A DNA stretch of 64,000 nt from Lama glama (GCA_028534125.1 CM052832.1:8744001-8808000), one strand, 5' to 3'; positions 21,380 through 64,000 are shown, numbered from the stretch's first letter. Numbers and translations: made by a program. The notes: a model not told the origin generated them from the sequence alone.

Positions 21380-21960
21380 GCGGCGGCGAGCGGTGGGTGA
21401 GGTGGGGAGGACCCCACCTTCTGCCGGGACAAGTGAAAGTTATGAATCGGGGAGGCAGTGGGTTCCCACACGTGGGTGTTGTGGGCGTCTGCAATTCACA
21501 GGTGTGGATGCTCGGGGCCGGGCGGGTCACGTGACGTGGGCGGGCGCCCCCTGGCGCGGGGAGGAGCGTGCGGCGGCGATGGCGGCGGCCGGATCGCGGG
21601 AGCCGCGGGCGCCTAGCGAGCCCGGCCGCCGCGCCCTGTACTTCTGCGGGAGCATCCGGGGTGGACGCGAGGACCAGGCACTGTAGCAGCGCATCGTGTC
21701 GCGGCTGGGGCGCTTCGGGGCGGTGCTCACCGAGCACGTGGCGGCCGCCGAGCTGAGCGCGAGCGGTGAGTCCTTCAGAGCGCGGGGCGGCGGGGCGGCG
21801 GGGCGGGCCCGCGCTCTGTCCAGGTGGCGGGGCTGGTCCTCTTGCGGGGTTGCTCCCACCAGCGTCCCTGCCCGAGAAGTAAAGGGGCCCCAGGCACAGA
21901 CCCCGCGCCTCCTAGTAGACCGCCCCCGGGAGCCCACTCTCCGCATTCAGTTACTGTCGA
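21380..21960. promoter_or_regulatory. DNPH1 CpG-island promoter with E-boxes
   Basis: CpG-dense. CACGTG at 21469-21474, palindrome GTCACGTGAC at 21526-21535, and CACGTG at 21735-21740, plus GC boxes. DNPH1/Rcl is a known MYC target. Confidence 0.85.
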
Positions 21961-23869
21961 TATTCGGTTTCTTCTTGGAGAACTTCCTTGGGCACTTTCC
22001 AGAGGCGTTTGTAGGGAGGAGGCAGACTGGGAGTTGGCATACCTGCTTCAGTTCCCACTTCTCTCGCTGCCATCTTCTCCCCCACCTAAGACTAAGCTTA
22101 TCCTCCTACTTCCCCCTCTGTGGCCTCGAGGGGTATCAGCCCTCCCTCAGAGCCACAGACCCCAGTTCTCGCCACCAGCGTCTTTCTCACGCCCTCTATT
22201 CAGGCTGTTACTAACGTGTTCTGCTCCTGCTGCGTGGTTGACCAGGCGCCTGGCTGACCTTGCACTTTGGAAATTGTGCCAGAATTCCTGCTTCTCTGAT
22301 AACAAAACCTTAAGTGGTTCCCCCTTACCCCACCCCGGAGCAGATCCAGGATTTGTGGGACCTAATGCAGTTCTCAGAGACCTCTTTAAATCAGCTTTCA
22401 AAATTGCTGAGGCATTGGAAAGAAGCCAGAAGCCTGCGCCCCTGAGAGTTCAGGTTCATTGGTTTCAGGGTCTGTCCCCTCCTGCCTGATGAGCTGAGCT
22501 CTGGAACTTGACTGAGCTCAGCAATCTGAGGGAGCCTGTTGAAAATGGAGGTCCTGCGGTAAAGCCTCAGAGTCCATTTTTACCAAAATCGGCTGTGATT
22601 CGGGTGAGCCTATGACCCTGGATCAAGCTGGAACGCTGGGACCCCAGCACCTCTCCTGCCTTCCTTCCCACCACCTCCTAGTAGTTACACTTGGCATTTG
22701 CACCCTGGTTCTCAAACTTTGGTGGGTATGAGGATCACATGGCGAGCTCAGGCAGCAGCCCGGGCACACTGACACCTGGCTCTTTGTAGCTTGCTCATGT
22801 TCTCAGGTGATTCTCATACCCACCAAAGCCTGAGAGCCTGTTAGGCTCTCGTTTCCTTGCACGGGCCAGTCTTGGCTCCTGCCTGCCTTTTCCCAACCTG
22901 GGATGCGATTCCTTCTCCTCTTCACCTCTGATTAACCCACAGTAAGTACGTCCTTCTCTTCATTACACCTGTATCACTCATCTGGCCCTAATCACACAAC
23001 CCCTTGCACAGGACTGCATTTTTCTTGTGGGCTGTTGCATTTCCTCACTCCTACCAGTGAAATCAAGTGTTGGGCAGGCTTGGGGGTCATCTGTTACGTC
23101 TCCCCCCTTCCCTGAGCAAGCTAGGTTTGGGGATGTCAGGCAGAGGAGAGAGACTGAGGAGCAGCACGGGGCCCTGACCCACTTTCTCTCAACCACAGGG
23201 GAAGAGGCTGCTGGGAGTGACAGGCTCATCCATGAGCGGGACCTGGCCTGGCTGCAGCAGGCAGATGGTGAGGGGCCCTCCCTTCTACTGGCAGACTCCC
23301 CTGGGCGTTAGATCCCCTGGATACACCTGGCCTCCCTACCTAGAAGGGGCTCCCTAGAGCACCCCCTCGCCCCATCACACCCAGGCTCTGTCATCTCTCC
23401 CTCCCAAGGCCGAGGGTGAGCCTTGGTCTCATCTTTCTTCCCAGTGGTTGTGGCAGAAGTGACCCAGCCATCTTTGGGTGTTGGCTACGAGCTGGGCCGG
23501 GCTGTGGCCCTCAGTAAACGAATCCTGTGCCTGTTCCGCCCACAGTCTGGCCGAGGTGAGCACTCCCAGCCCTGGGTGGCCACCCCTGCCTCCCTCCCCA
23601 GCTCTCTGAGGACCTGGCCCTCAGCGCCTTCCTTGGGGAGCCCTGAGGCCACTGCCCACCCCCTAGAAAGGGACAGGACTGGGAGCCAAGACGAGGGCAG
23701 TGTGGGAGGGAGCCTCTTTCACCTCCCTCTGCCCTTCCCAGAACTTTCAGCCATGATCCGGGGAGCAGCCGATGGCTGGCGGTTCCAGGTGTGGGACTAC
23801 GAGGAGGCAGAGCTGGAGGCCCTGCTGGACCGGTACTTTGAGGCGGATTCTCCCGAGCAGGTGCCCTGA
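21579..23869 (+). CDS. DNPH1: 2'-deoxynucleoside 5'-phosphate N-hydrolase 1 (Rcl) orthologue, interrupted by an in-frame TAG at codon 36 (candidate unitary pseudogene or null allele)
   Basis: Exons 21579-21765 (MAAAGSREPRAPSEPGRRALYFCGSIRGGREDQAL*QRIVSRLGRFGAVLTEHVAAAELSAS), 23199-23267 (GEEAAGSDRLIHERDLAWLQQAD), 23445-23555 (VVVAEVTQPSLGVGYELGRAVALSKRILCLFRPQSGR), 23742-23869 (ELSAMIRGAADGWRFQVWDYEEAELEALLDRYFEADSPEQVP*). All GT-AG; 164 codons if read through. Confidence 0.93.
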
Positions 23870-23960
23870 GCCGACTGCTTGACTTAAGCCCAGTTTACTA
23901 CATTCTTCTGAGCCCACGCTCTGCTCTAGTACCATTCCTACTTCTTAGCCCCTGAACCAA

Positions 23961-23966
23961 ATTAAA
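23961..23966 (+). terminator. DNPH1 polyadenylation signal (ATTAAA)
   Basis: ATTAAA about 90 nt after the stop, followed by a T/GT-rich downstream element (ttctctttctgtctgtatgg). Confidence 0.7.
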
Positions 23967-24415
23967 AGGTGGGTTGATGATTCTCTTTCTGTCTGTATGG
24001 GGTGAGGGGCAGGTCCTCAGTAATATCCTCTTAACTCCCCCTTCACTTTAAGGTGTAGAGAGACCCTTTAAAAGTCTACAGGCTCCCAAGAGGAGGATAC
24101 TTCCTAAAGCCCTCACGCTCCCACCAGGAACATTCAAGAGTTTGGAGGAAGCCAGTCGTGGGGGAATGTCCATTCCTCTCTCTGATGCTTGGCTGGGTCC
24201 CAGCCAAGTGTACCCACCTGGACCTGGCCCTGTACCCTGTGGACCCTCATGTCCCTTTGTCAGCGTAGGTCACAAGGTCTGCTGTGGGCCCTCTGTGATG
24301 ATGCAGTAGTATGGACGTCTAAACAAAACAGTGGAGGAAGAGGAGGTTTGGGTGTGTGGGAGGGAGCGGGGAGTTGAAGCTGTCCAGCTAGCTTCCAGGG
24401 AACATATGAAAAGAG

Positions 24416-24421
24416 TTTATT
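24416..24421 (-). terminator. CUL9 polyadenylation signal (AATAAA)
   Basis: tttatt on the plus strand, about 130 nt past the CUL9 stop codon. Confidence 0.8.
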
Positions 24422-24548
24422 CAGTAAACAGAAGGTTCCACAGACACGAGGAACCACCTCCCCCTGCGAAAGGAGGAAAGGGGCGCCCGCCCAGCCCCTG
24501 TAGTCTCCTGACTCCAGGGCGGCTCCAGGCCCCCTGCATCCTGCCCCC

Positions 24549-56129
<31,581 letters not shown>

Positions 56130-56889
56130 CCTGACCTCCTAGGACACACAAGGAGAGAAGTAAAGGCAGTATGGGAAAGGGAAAAGACTTCATGTAGGGA
56201 GTGGAATCTTGAGGCACAGACAGGATGGGTGGTGACTGGCAGACTGTACGGAATTTAGAAGCCAAAGAGAGAAGGTCAAGAATAGGCTGAAATAAATTAC
56301 TTAAACATACTCTGGGATTTAAAAGAGAGGCAGAATGGAGTGAAAAGAGAGGGAAACAAAGAAGTTTAAGAAACGGAAAAAGTCACAAGAGAGGATGAAA
56401 AGAATTACAGGCAAGGTATCAGAAAGAGCTGAGAGTTAAGTAGGACCGTCTGGACAGTCTGCATGGCTGAGGGGTACAGATCAGGACTTAGGATGACACA
56501 GGTGAGCAGGGAGGACGGCAGCCTGTAAGACAGTGGAGCCAGAACAAGTGAGGAAAGTCAGGACAGGGAAAGGACAGGACAGGGAGTATAAATGGCAGGA
56601 CAGAGCTAGAATGTGAACATGAAGGGTTGGGCCATGGCAGAGAGAAGAGATGAAAGGAGGCCCCTGTATCCAGATGGCTGGATGGGAAAAGGGTATGAGA
56701 CTACTGTGAAACGGGGAAGGGCTTAGGGGGCCAGATAAAATTATGGGAGAAAAAGACCAGGTCCCACCCTGCACTTATGCCGTATGAAAACGTAGGTATA
56801 AGTCAGGTAGATATAGATGGAGGTGGTAATCCTGGCACTGAAGGGTAGGGAATAAGGTCAGGAGATGGTAGAGGTATTAGAGAGGCAAT

Positions 56890-57110
56890 ACAGCACAGAT
56901 TTCAGAATCAGATAAATGTGACTCTGAATTCTGGCTCTTTCACTTACTGTGTGTGTAGTTTTGGATAAGTTACTTAATCTCTAAGCTTCAGTTTCCTCCT
57001 CTGCAAAAAGGTAATAATATTCATACCCAACCCATAAAGTCGTAAAAACTTATTAAGATACCATACATAAAGCATTCAGAACAGCCTCTAGCACATAGTG
57101 AGAGGTCTGT
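56890..57110 (+). mobile_element. MIR SINE
   Basis: tctggctctttcacttactg...ggataagttacttaatctctaagcttcagtttcctcctctgcaaaa. Confidence 0.7.
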
Positions 57111-57639
57111 AAAATATAATCTAATATTAACATTCTTAGAGAAGGTAAGGGCAGTCCTCAGATAAATGCAACATTACTAAGCCAGAAAAAGATTATAAAT
57201 GATGGCTATGCTAGTGATCAGGGAAAGATACAAAACAGTATAGGGGCAACGGGGAATGGTGAGAATAAGAATGGACTGCAAACCCAGATGTAGAAAAGGT
57301 GATCAGGACAGGGGTCATGTTGGGGTACAGGGAAAGAAGATGAGAGTAGAGGGCGTGAAGAGGCGGGGAAACAGATGTGGATCTCAATTGGGATAGGGGT
57401 CCAGTTAGCATAGAGGGCAGGACTGAGAGATAACCAGTGACATGCGACGCACAGATGATGAGCAGGGTGAGGTAACAAAATCGGAAAGGCCTAAATGGGG
57501 AGAGAGCAAGGTATTATGCCAGGCCTAGAACAGGAGCAATTAATTGAGGTGTGAGGGTGAGGTGTGAACGCAGGGATGAGACAGCAAGCAGGCGCAGGTG
57601 GCAAGGTCAGGCCCAAGCTTGCAGACCAGCGGAGGTGGT

Positions 57640-58090
57640 AAAGGAGGCTCGCACCGCCGTGGGAACGGGCTGCGGTGAGGGGGTGAGGGGTGGGGGGCGC
57701 GGTCGGTGGAAGCTGACGGGACAGTGCGAATCTCAGAGACCAAGACCTGGCTCTGTCGTCAGCCCCACGGAGAGTGGGCAAGGGACTGGGGGCGGAACGG
57801 GGCAGCGGCCGAGGGGTGCAGAACTCGCTTCTCACCTCCCACCGCCGTGGCCCTCGGCCCTCGCTGGGACCCAGCGCTGGTCCGGCTGTCCTGGCCCCGC
57901 CTCTTCAGCGGCTCCCTTCCGGGTCACACGGCGAGTGCGCGCACGGCCGGGCGGCTACGGGTCCCACCGCGGCCCACAGTCGAGCGCCGCGGCCCCGCGC
58001 GCAGGCGGAGCATGCGTAGTACCCGCAGGCCTCTGCGTTGGGGGCGTGCTGCCCGCGGAGCCCGGGGTCGTGGGGGCTTGGCTCCTTACT
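57640..58090. promoter_or_regulatory. CUL9 CpG-island promoter
   Basis: CpG-dense, with an ETS-type CTTCCGG near 57916, NRF1-type TGCGCGCA at 57936-57943, and GC boxes. Confidence 0.8.
57836..57940 (-). other. CUL9: CUL9 non-coding exon 1 (start approximate)
   Basis: Donor GAG|GTGAG at 57836/57835 within a CpG island. The exon 2 acceptor is at 56138, 9 nt before the ATG. Confidence 0.7.
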
Positions 58091-58551
58091 CTGCAGACAT
58101 AGGCAGCCCTTTCCATCCAGTATCAACTTTGAACTCCGGCCCCCCCCTTCCCTAGGTCGGCCTTCCTCCCCTGGAAACCTAATAACCCACACTCCCACCC
58201 TAGGTCTGTCCTCCTAGTTTGCACTAGGTCACGTGGCCATGAGTTTCCCGAACTGGTTGCTTTGGATTCGTTGAGTCACTTTTCCTGTTAATTAAGATTT
58301 CTCATCTCTGTGTTGACTTAAGTACCTAGTGAAGCTGGGGCCAAAGATAAAGGCCCCAGCCCTCCTAAATGTTCCTTAATTTAAATCGCAGAGTTCAACA
58401 ACCCAAAACACCTGTTAGCATTTTATCAAGCAGCTCGGCTTGCTTCTCAGAGCAATTTTGGGGTTTGATTCGCGCTGGTACTTCCCACCCTACCTCCCTT
58501 TATGGTAAAACAAAGGCAAAGACCCCACAGTCTGTGCACAAAAATGATACA

Positions 58552-58557
58552 TTTATT
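58552..58557 (-). terminator. SRF distal polyadenylation signal (AATAAA)
   Basis: tttatt on the plus strand at the end of a roughly 2.3 kb 3' UTR, with a GT/T-rich element downstream on the minus strand. Confidence 0.75.
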
Positions 58558-60834
58558 GAAAGAGTATTTTTTCTTAATACAAAAGAAAGCTCTGTACATA
58601 GGACTGTGACCATGTCCACTATTCCTGGGTCAGCATCCCAGGGGAAGTAGAAACCACTAACATACACACCCCACATTCACACACACACACATTCACTCAG
58701 GCACGCGCGCGCTCACGCACACACACACACACACACCCCAGAGCCACCAAGGAAGGGAAACACCAAGGGTTGCTGCGCGTATAAATGCCACCTCATCCCT
58801 GACGCACGCATATTCTCCCAAGGGCACGCTCACACAACACACATTATAAGCACTTCGCCTGATTCACTCACTGGGTCTGTCTTTTGTGGGAAGGAGAGGA
58901 GGAATTCATCAAGGTCTCCTCCCCTGGGTGGGGGAGTGGGGAGTGAGTGAGTGATGGTGGAGTGAAACAAGAGCAGAGAAAGGGGCTGGGCAGTTACAGA
59001 CCTGAGTCCCAAGCTCCCCCACTCTCTGGCCCCTGATTTGCCATGCCCCAATCTTGTAAGCCACCCATAAGCCCCCAGCTATCTCCAGGAGAAAGCCAGA
59101 AAGATGACTTGACTTCCATCTTGGCACCCCAAGTTGGGGCAAGACAGCAATGGGGGTTAGAGGTTCGGAGGTTCTCAAAACATGTTGGCAAATCATCCCC
59201 TTGATAGCTAGGCTCTGCGTAAAAACTTCCCCCACCCCTTCACCTAATCACAGAAGCAGGCTTGTTCCTACTGAAGGCAGTCCTAAGGGGCTAATTAAAC
59301 TCCACCCCACAGCTGCCCTGTTCTGAAACAGCTCCCTCTCTGGATACAGGTGGTGAAGGTAGGCTCTGACACAGGGACCCTCTCCCTATGTTGGCCCACC
59401 CTCAAGGTCTACTCCAAAGCGGGCAGAAGGGGTGGGGCACGGCCCCTGTACAAATTACATAAATACTGAGGTTACACTTAGAAAAATAAAGTCATTTTCT
59501 TCAAGGCTTTTTGTCTTAATTTTAAAAAGTTACAGTAGCTGCTCACTCCCTGGGAGAGCTGCCATTTCTGGCTCCCCTATCGCTGCCCTCAGCCCAAAAG
59601 CTGCTCCCATTTCTTCTGCCCCCCATTCCTGCCTCTCACCCCCTCCCAGACCCCACCCTGCTCACTGCAACTTGAGCCCCAGGCAGCTGCATGCCTGGGG
59701 GAGCACAAGGCTGCAATGCCCATGCGTGTGGCACAAATGAAGTCAGTTGCCTCTGAAACCCTCCCCCCACCCCCACATTTGGTCTCCCTCTTCCCGCTCC
59801 CTAGCACAGCCTTGAAGGGCGAAAAGAGGCCCAGGGCTGTGGGTCACCCTCCCCACCCCGTTGGGGCATGGCCTGAGGGCCCCTCCCCCGGTTCTCTCCT
59901 GGAAACAACCCAGGACCGGGCAATCCCAGAATCTCCCCCCCACACTGGCAGGCCCTGAACTCGTGGGGTAGCTCTGTCCCCAGAGGCCCAGCCAGTTCCG
60001 GGGAGCCCCAGGGCTCCCCAGGGAAGGGAAGCTCGGGCAGGGAGGGGGACGAGAAAAACGCCATAAAAAAAAGTTAAATATTTTAAAAATATATATTTAT
60101 AGATTTGTTTTCACTTCGTCTCCTCAAATAAAAAGTTCAAAATCAACTTTAAGTAAAGCAGCTGGGAGGAGAGGGGGGAAGACGGGGGAGAGGGAACACT
60201 GGCGGTTCCCTCCAACCCAGCAGCCCCTGGAGTTCCCGGGGAGCGGCAGGGCAGGGCAGGTGGCCCCAGGACCCTGCTTCATGCACAGGCCCTGCTGCTC
60301 AGGAGCTGCAAGGGCAGTGGGTGCCACTTAAGGGAAGACACCACATCTCCCCAGCTGGCTCCCTGAGGGGCAGGGGTAGGGCTCTTTCAACCCAGCCTGT
60401 GGCAGACAGTGCTGACGTGGGGTCAGCAAGGAGGCTGGGGAGAGGACCCCAACTGCTTCCTCAGGGGGGACACAGTGCCTAGTCCCACAGAGGCCTGTGT
60501 CTGGGAAGGGGAGCACGGTCCCACTGGTAAGCTAATACTCATGGCAAACACGGAGCCAAGCTGGCAAGAGGAGTCTGAGGAGGGAGGACAGCCCCACCAT
60601 CAACAGAAACAGGAGGTGGAGCAAGAAGGAGGGGAGGCTGAGGGAGGACGGGGTGGAGGGCAGGCTGGCCTGTTTCTTTGGCTGGAGTGAGAGGGCTCAG
60701 TCCTGTGGCTGCCCACTGCTCCTCCCCGCCTCCCTCCTGCGGCCCATCAACGTGTGTGTAAAGAAAATGTGAAAAGGCAACAATAAATAAGTGGTGCCGT
60801 CCCTCGGGCCATCTGTCCAGGGCGGCAGGGCGGA

Positions 60835-63716
60835 TCAGTCACTCTTGGTGCTGTGGGCGGCGTCCAGGTTCACCACCTGTAATTCGGTGAGGTTGCTGCT
60901 GCTCCCGGCCTGCTGCCCGATCACCGCCATCTGGAGGGAAGAGGGTGTGTCAGGAGGGGATGGGGGGCTTCCCCCTGCTTGCCTGCCTGCCTGCCCCCCA
61001 ACCACAGGCCCATCAGGAAAATGGATAGGCCTCCCAGCTAAGGATCTTGGCTTGGAGCACCCAGTAATGGAATCCCCAAGGTCAAGATGAAGGGGCTGGG
61101 CTGGCCAGCTGGGATTGGGTGAAAGGTGGCCCCCACCTACCTGGTGAAGCTGAACTGCAGAGACAGGGATCTGCACTGTCCCAGATGGCGCTGTCAGGAA
61201 TACCTGGGGGACGCCACCTGTGTTAGCACACAACAGGAGAAACTCAAATCGATTGCTCAAGAGAAACTTCCAGATATTGGAGGAGTGGTGATAAAGGCTT
61301 TAAGTGACCAAGTGAGTCTCAGATAAAATGCCCAAGAGTGAGTGTCCAAATGTGTCTTAGTGTGCATGTGAGTGTGAGTTCCAGCGTGCATGAGTGTCGG
61401 AGTGGACAAGATGGGCGTTGGAATGTGTGTGTAAGCCTCGGTGTGTGTGTACATGTATGTATACGTGTGAGCATCTAGTTTGTGTGTGTGTGAGTGTGCA
61501 CATCTGAGTTGTGGGGAGTGTTTGAGTATGTGTGTGTGTAAAGGAGGAAATGGTCCTCCTTTCTTCAGCCCTGCCCCCCCAACTCACCTTGCTCCTGGAC
61601 CTGGCTGTGGGACACCTGCATGGTGGACGGTGCCTGGGAGAAGGCATTGAGCACGGTGAGGCTGCCATCAGCCAGGCCCGAGGTGGGTGCATACATCACC
61701 GCATGGGGGCTAGGGTACATCATGTGGCCACCCACAGTCGTGGGCACAGATGACGTCATGATGGTGGCGGGCAATGTCACTGGCAAACACAGACACACGT
61801 CAGGGAGGTGGGCACTGGTCCCTACTGATAACCCGCGTCCCACCCCCGGGAACTCCAGGCCTCCAGAGCTCTCTTGCCATTTCCCATTGCTGTGTTCCCC
61901 GTCATAGGCTAAGAAAAGCCCTATTTCTTCTTGAACACAACAGCGCCAACCTTTAAGTGTATCCTCTCACATCGTACTATTTGATTATCTACCCCTTCTC
62001 TCAGATTACAATGACTGACCCTACCCAAGGAAACTCAGATGCTCTTCTTTTAGAGAGCTCCTTCATCCTGTTTTTTCATTTGTTCTCACTCTTCTTTCCT
62101 CTTCCTCAACATATGGCTGACAAATTCATCTTTTAAACAAGCACTTCTCAAGTGTTAATGTGCATAAAGTCACCAGGGAATCTTGTTAAAATACAGATTC
62201 TGATTCAGTAGGTGTGGGGTGAGGCTTTAGAGTCCACATTTCCATCAAGCTCCCAGGTGACACTGGGGTGGTGCTGGGATGATGCTGGTCTTCCCTCCAT
62301 AGACCACACTTTGTGTAACAAGGTTGTAAACAACAAGAACTTAAAAGTAATTTTATTTGAAAGTGTCTCATCATTCCTGAAATGACTAGAGACACAGAGG
62401 GGAATTATGGTTACTCAAAACCTAAGACGCCCTTTCACAAGGAGACAACTGCTCTGTAAAGCCTCCCTGGTAACTGAGCAAACGTGTGTCTCTGGGCAAA
62501 TACCTTCTTTCTGGGCCTCAGACTTCTCAGCTGAGTAAGGAAGAATGTAGGGTCAATGGTCTCTAATTTCTTCCTGAAAACCACAGCCCTACTGCAGGGC
62601 AGGATTCAAAACCCAGCCATCCTTACCTGACTTTGTTGTAAGGATTAGAGTAAGGGTTAACCCCAAAGCCTCAGTGTCCACATTCAGAAATTCTCTGACC
62701 TTAGTTATAGGACGGATACTGCTGGGCACCTGCTGTTAGGCCTCATGAAGGAGGCAGAGCAGGGAGGTGACAAAGCTTTGAGCTATACCTGTCCCGCTGG
62801 AGGAGGTCTGCGTGAGGTCTGTGCTGCTGTCGCGAGAGGGAGACGCTTGCTGTGGGGCCTGGTGCACCTGAATGGCCTGCACTGGGACCTGCTGGGCCAC
62901 TGCCCCACCTATGAGACACAGAGACTTACTCGTGCTCTGTCCTACCCAGCCACCACCTGCACCACCAAGCACCCTCAAACACCCCCAGACCCAGGGTCTG
63001 GCACTCTGTCCCCGACTCCCATCACTATCTTTCCTGGGTGCCTTCATGTCCAGAATTGTGTCTCCAGGGGCTTCCACACTCTGCTCTTGCCCTTCCCCCC
63101 TCCCCCCTCCCCAAGCCCTGCCTCTACTGTCTTTGGTTGACACAGGAGCAGGCACTGACCCATCAAGGAGATGATCTGCCCTCCAGTCAAGGTAGGGAGG
63201 TGGTAGGATGTCTACTGTCCCTGTGGCAAGGGGGGCACAGGGCTGGGCTTGCTAGACAAGGCCAGAGTGTATGGCTGAAACTTACTGACAAGGACAGTTG
63301 GGGTCGCAGTGGGGAGGGCATGCCTGGCAATGGGACATAAGAGTCTTCTTTCAGGCTCTGGCCCTAGTTCACCTTCCTTCTGAGTAGGGAAAGAGGTTCT
63401 TGTGCCAGCCCTAAACCCACTCTTAGCATGCTCAATTTGCCCCTTGTGACTCACCAGGCATGAGGGTGAAGCTGGTAGGCAGCTGCATGAGGCCCCCAGA
63501 GGAAACGGGGCCACTGCCTGTACTCTTCAGCACAGTCCCGTTGGCACTGCTGACAGCACTGGGGCTGACGCTAGCAGACACCGGTGCCAGGTAGTTGGTG
63601 ATGGGGAAGGAGGGGCCGCTGCTGACTTGCATGGTGGTAGAGGTGCTGGGTGCTGTCTGGATGGTGGAGGTGGTACCCGGCAGGTTGGTGACGGTAAACG
63701 CCGGTTTCAGTGTATC
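60835..63716 (-). CDS. SRF: Serum response factor, exons 3-7 (C-terminal transactivation region); MADS-box exons lie beyond the window end
   Basis: Exons 63716-63455 (DTLKPAFTVTNLPGTTSTIQTAPSTSTTMQVSSGPSFPITNYLAPV...), 62908-62789 (GAVAQQVPVQAIQVHQAPQQASPSRDSSTDLTQTSSSGT), 61779-61588 (VTLPATIMTSSVPTTVGGHMMYPSPHAVMYAP...), 61217-61141 (GGVPQVFLTAPSGTVQIPVSAVQLHQ), 60930-60835 (MAVIGQQAGSSSNLTELQVVNLDAAHSTKSD*). All GT-AG. Confidence 0.97.
61335..61540. repeat. Degenerate GT-rich low-complexity tract in SRF intron 5
   Basis: Many interrupted gtgt/gagt runs. Confidence 0.7.
62140..62315. mobile_element. MER5A-like hAT DNA element (SRF intron 4)
   Basis: cttctcaag..tcttgttaaaatacagattctgattcagtaggtgtgggg..aagctcccaggtga..agaccacactttg. 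Confidence 0.7.
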
Positions 63717-63809
63717 CTACACCCAGAGTAAAGATGGAGTGGTGAGCCTCTACCAGACCCTGCCCCTGCAGGTGTTCTGTGTAGATTGATGGCCCAGAAT
63801 GGAACCACT

Positions 63810-64000
63810 GTGCTTGAGATCAAATCCCAGGTCCACCATTTACCTGGAGCCTGACCCTCAGGCAAGTTACTGAGCTGCTGAGCTGCTTTTTCTTTACAGT
63901 TTTCTGTCTGTAAAAGGATAATACCTACCCTGTAAGTGTTGTGAAGATTAAGTAGGTTATCATATGGTAAAGCACTTAGAACAGTGCCTGGCTCATAAAA
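63810..64000 (+). mobile_element. MIR SINE (SRF intron 2)
   Basis: tcaaatcccagg..ggcaagttac..tctgtaaaaggataatacctaccc..aaagcacttagaacagtgcctggc. Confidence 0.75.

Noticed and set aside
61588..62908. Frame-symmetric SRF exons 4 and 5 (120 and 192 nt)
   Set aside because: Skipping of these exons gives already well-known SRF isoforms, so this is not novel.

Overview
Mammalian genomic DNA, most likely a camelid (two tRNA-derived SINEs resemble the camelid Vic-1 family). The gene order matches human 6p21.1. It holds the 5' part of TTBK1 (minus strand, exons 1-9, kinase domain), DNPH1 (plus strand, 4 exons), the complete CUL9/PARC gene (minus strand, 41 exons) and the 3' part of SRF (minus strand, exons 3-7 plus 3' UTR). 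I traced all 40 CUL9 coding exons: all splice sites are GT-AG, phases agree, and the reading frame is about 2528 aa. An RPS15A processed pseudogene sits in TTBK1 intron 2, and L1, L2, MIR, MER and LTR remnants are scattered throughout. Two things stand out. (1) DNPH1 has an in-frame TAG at codon 36 where a conserved Tyr is expected, although the rest of the gene is intact. (2) The p53-binding CPH domain of CUL9 has a 10-aa insertion built from local micro-duplications plus about 8 substitutions at normally invariant residues (e.g. TYWVHWH to TCRVHWY), in an otherwise well-conserved protein. Comparisons with human proteins and repeat consensuses are from memory and need a real alignment. Repeat boundaries are approximate.
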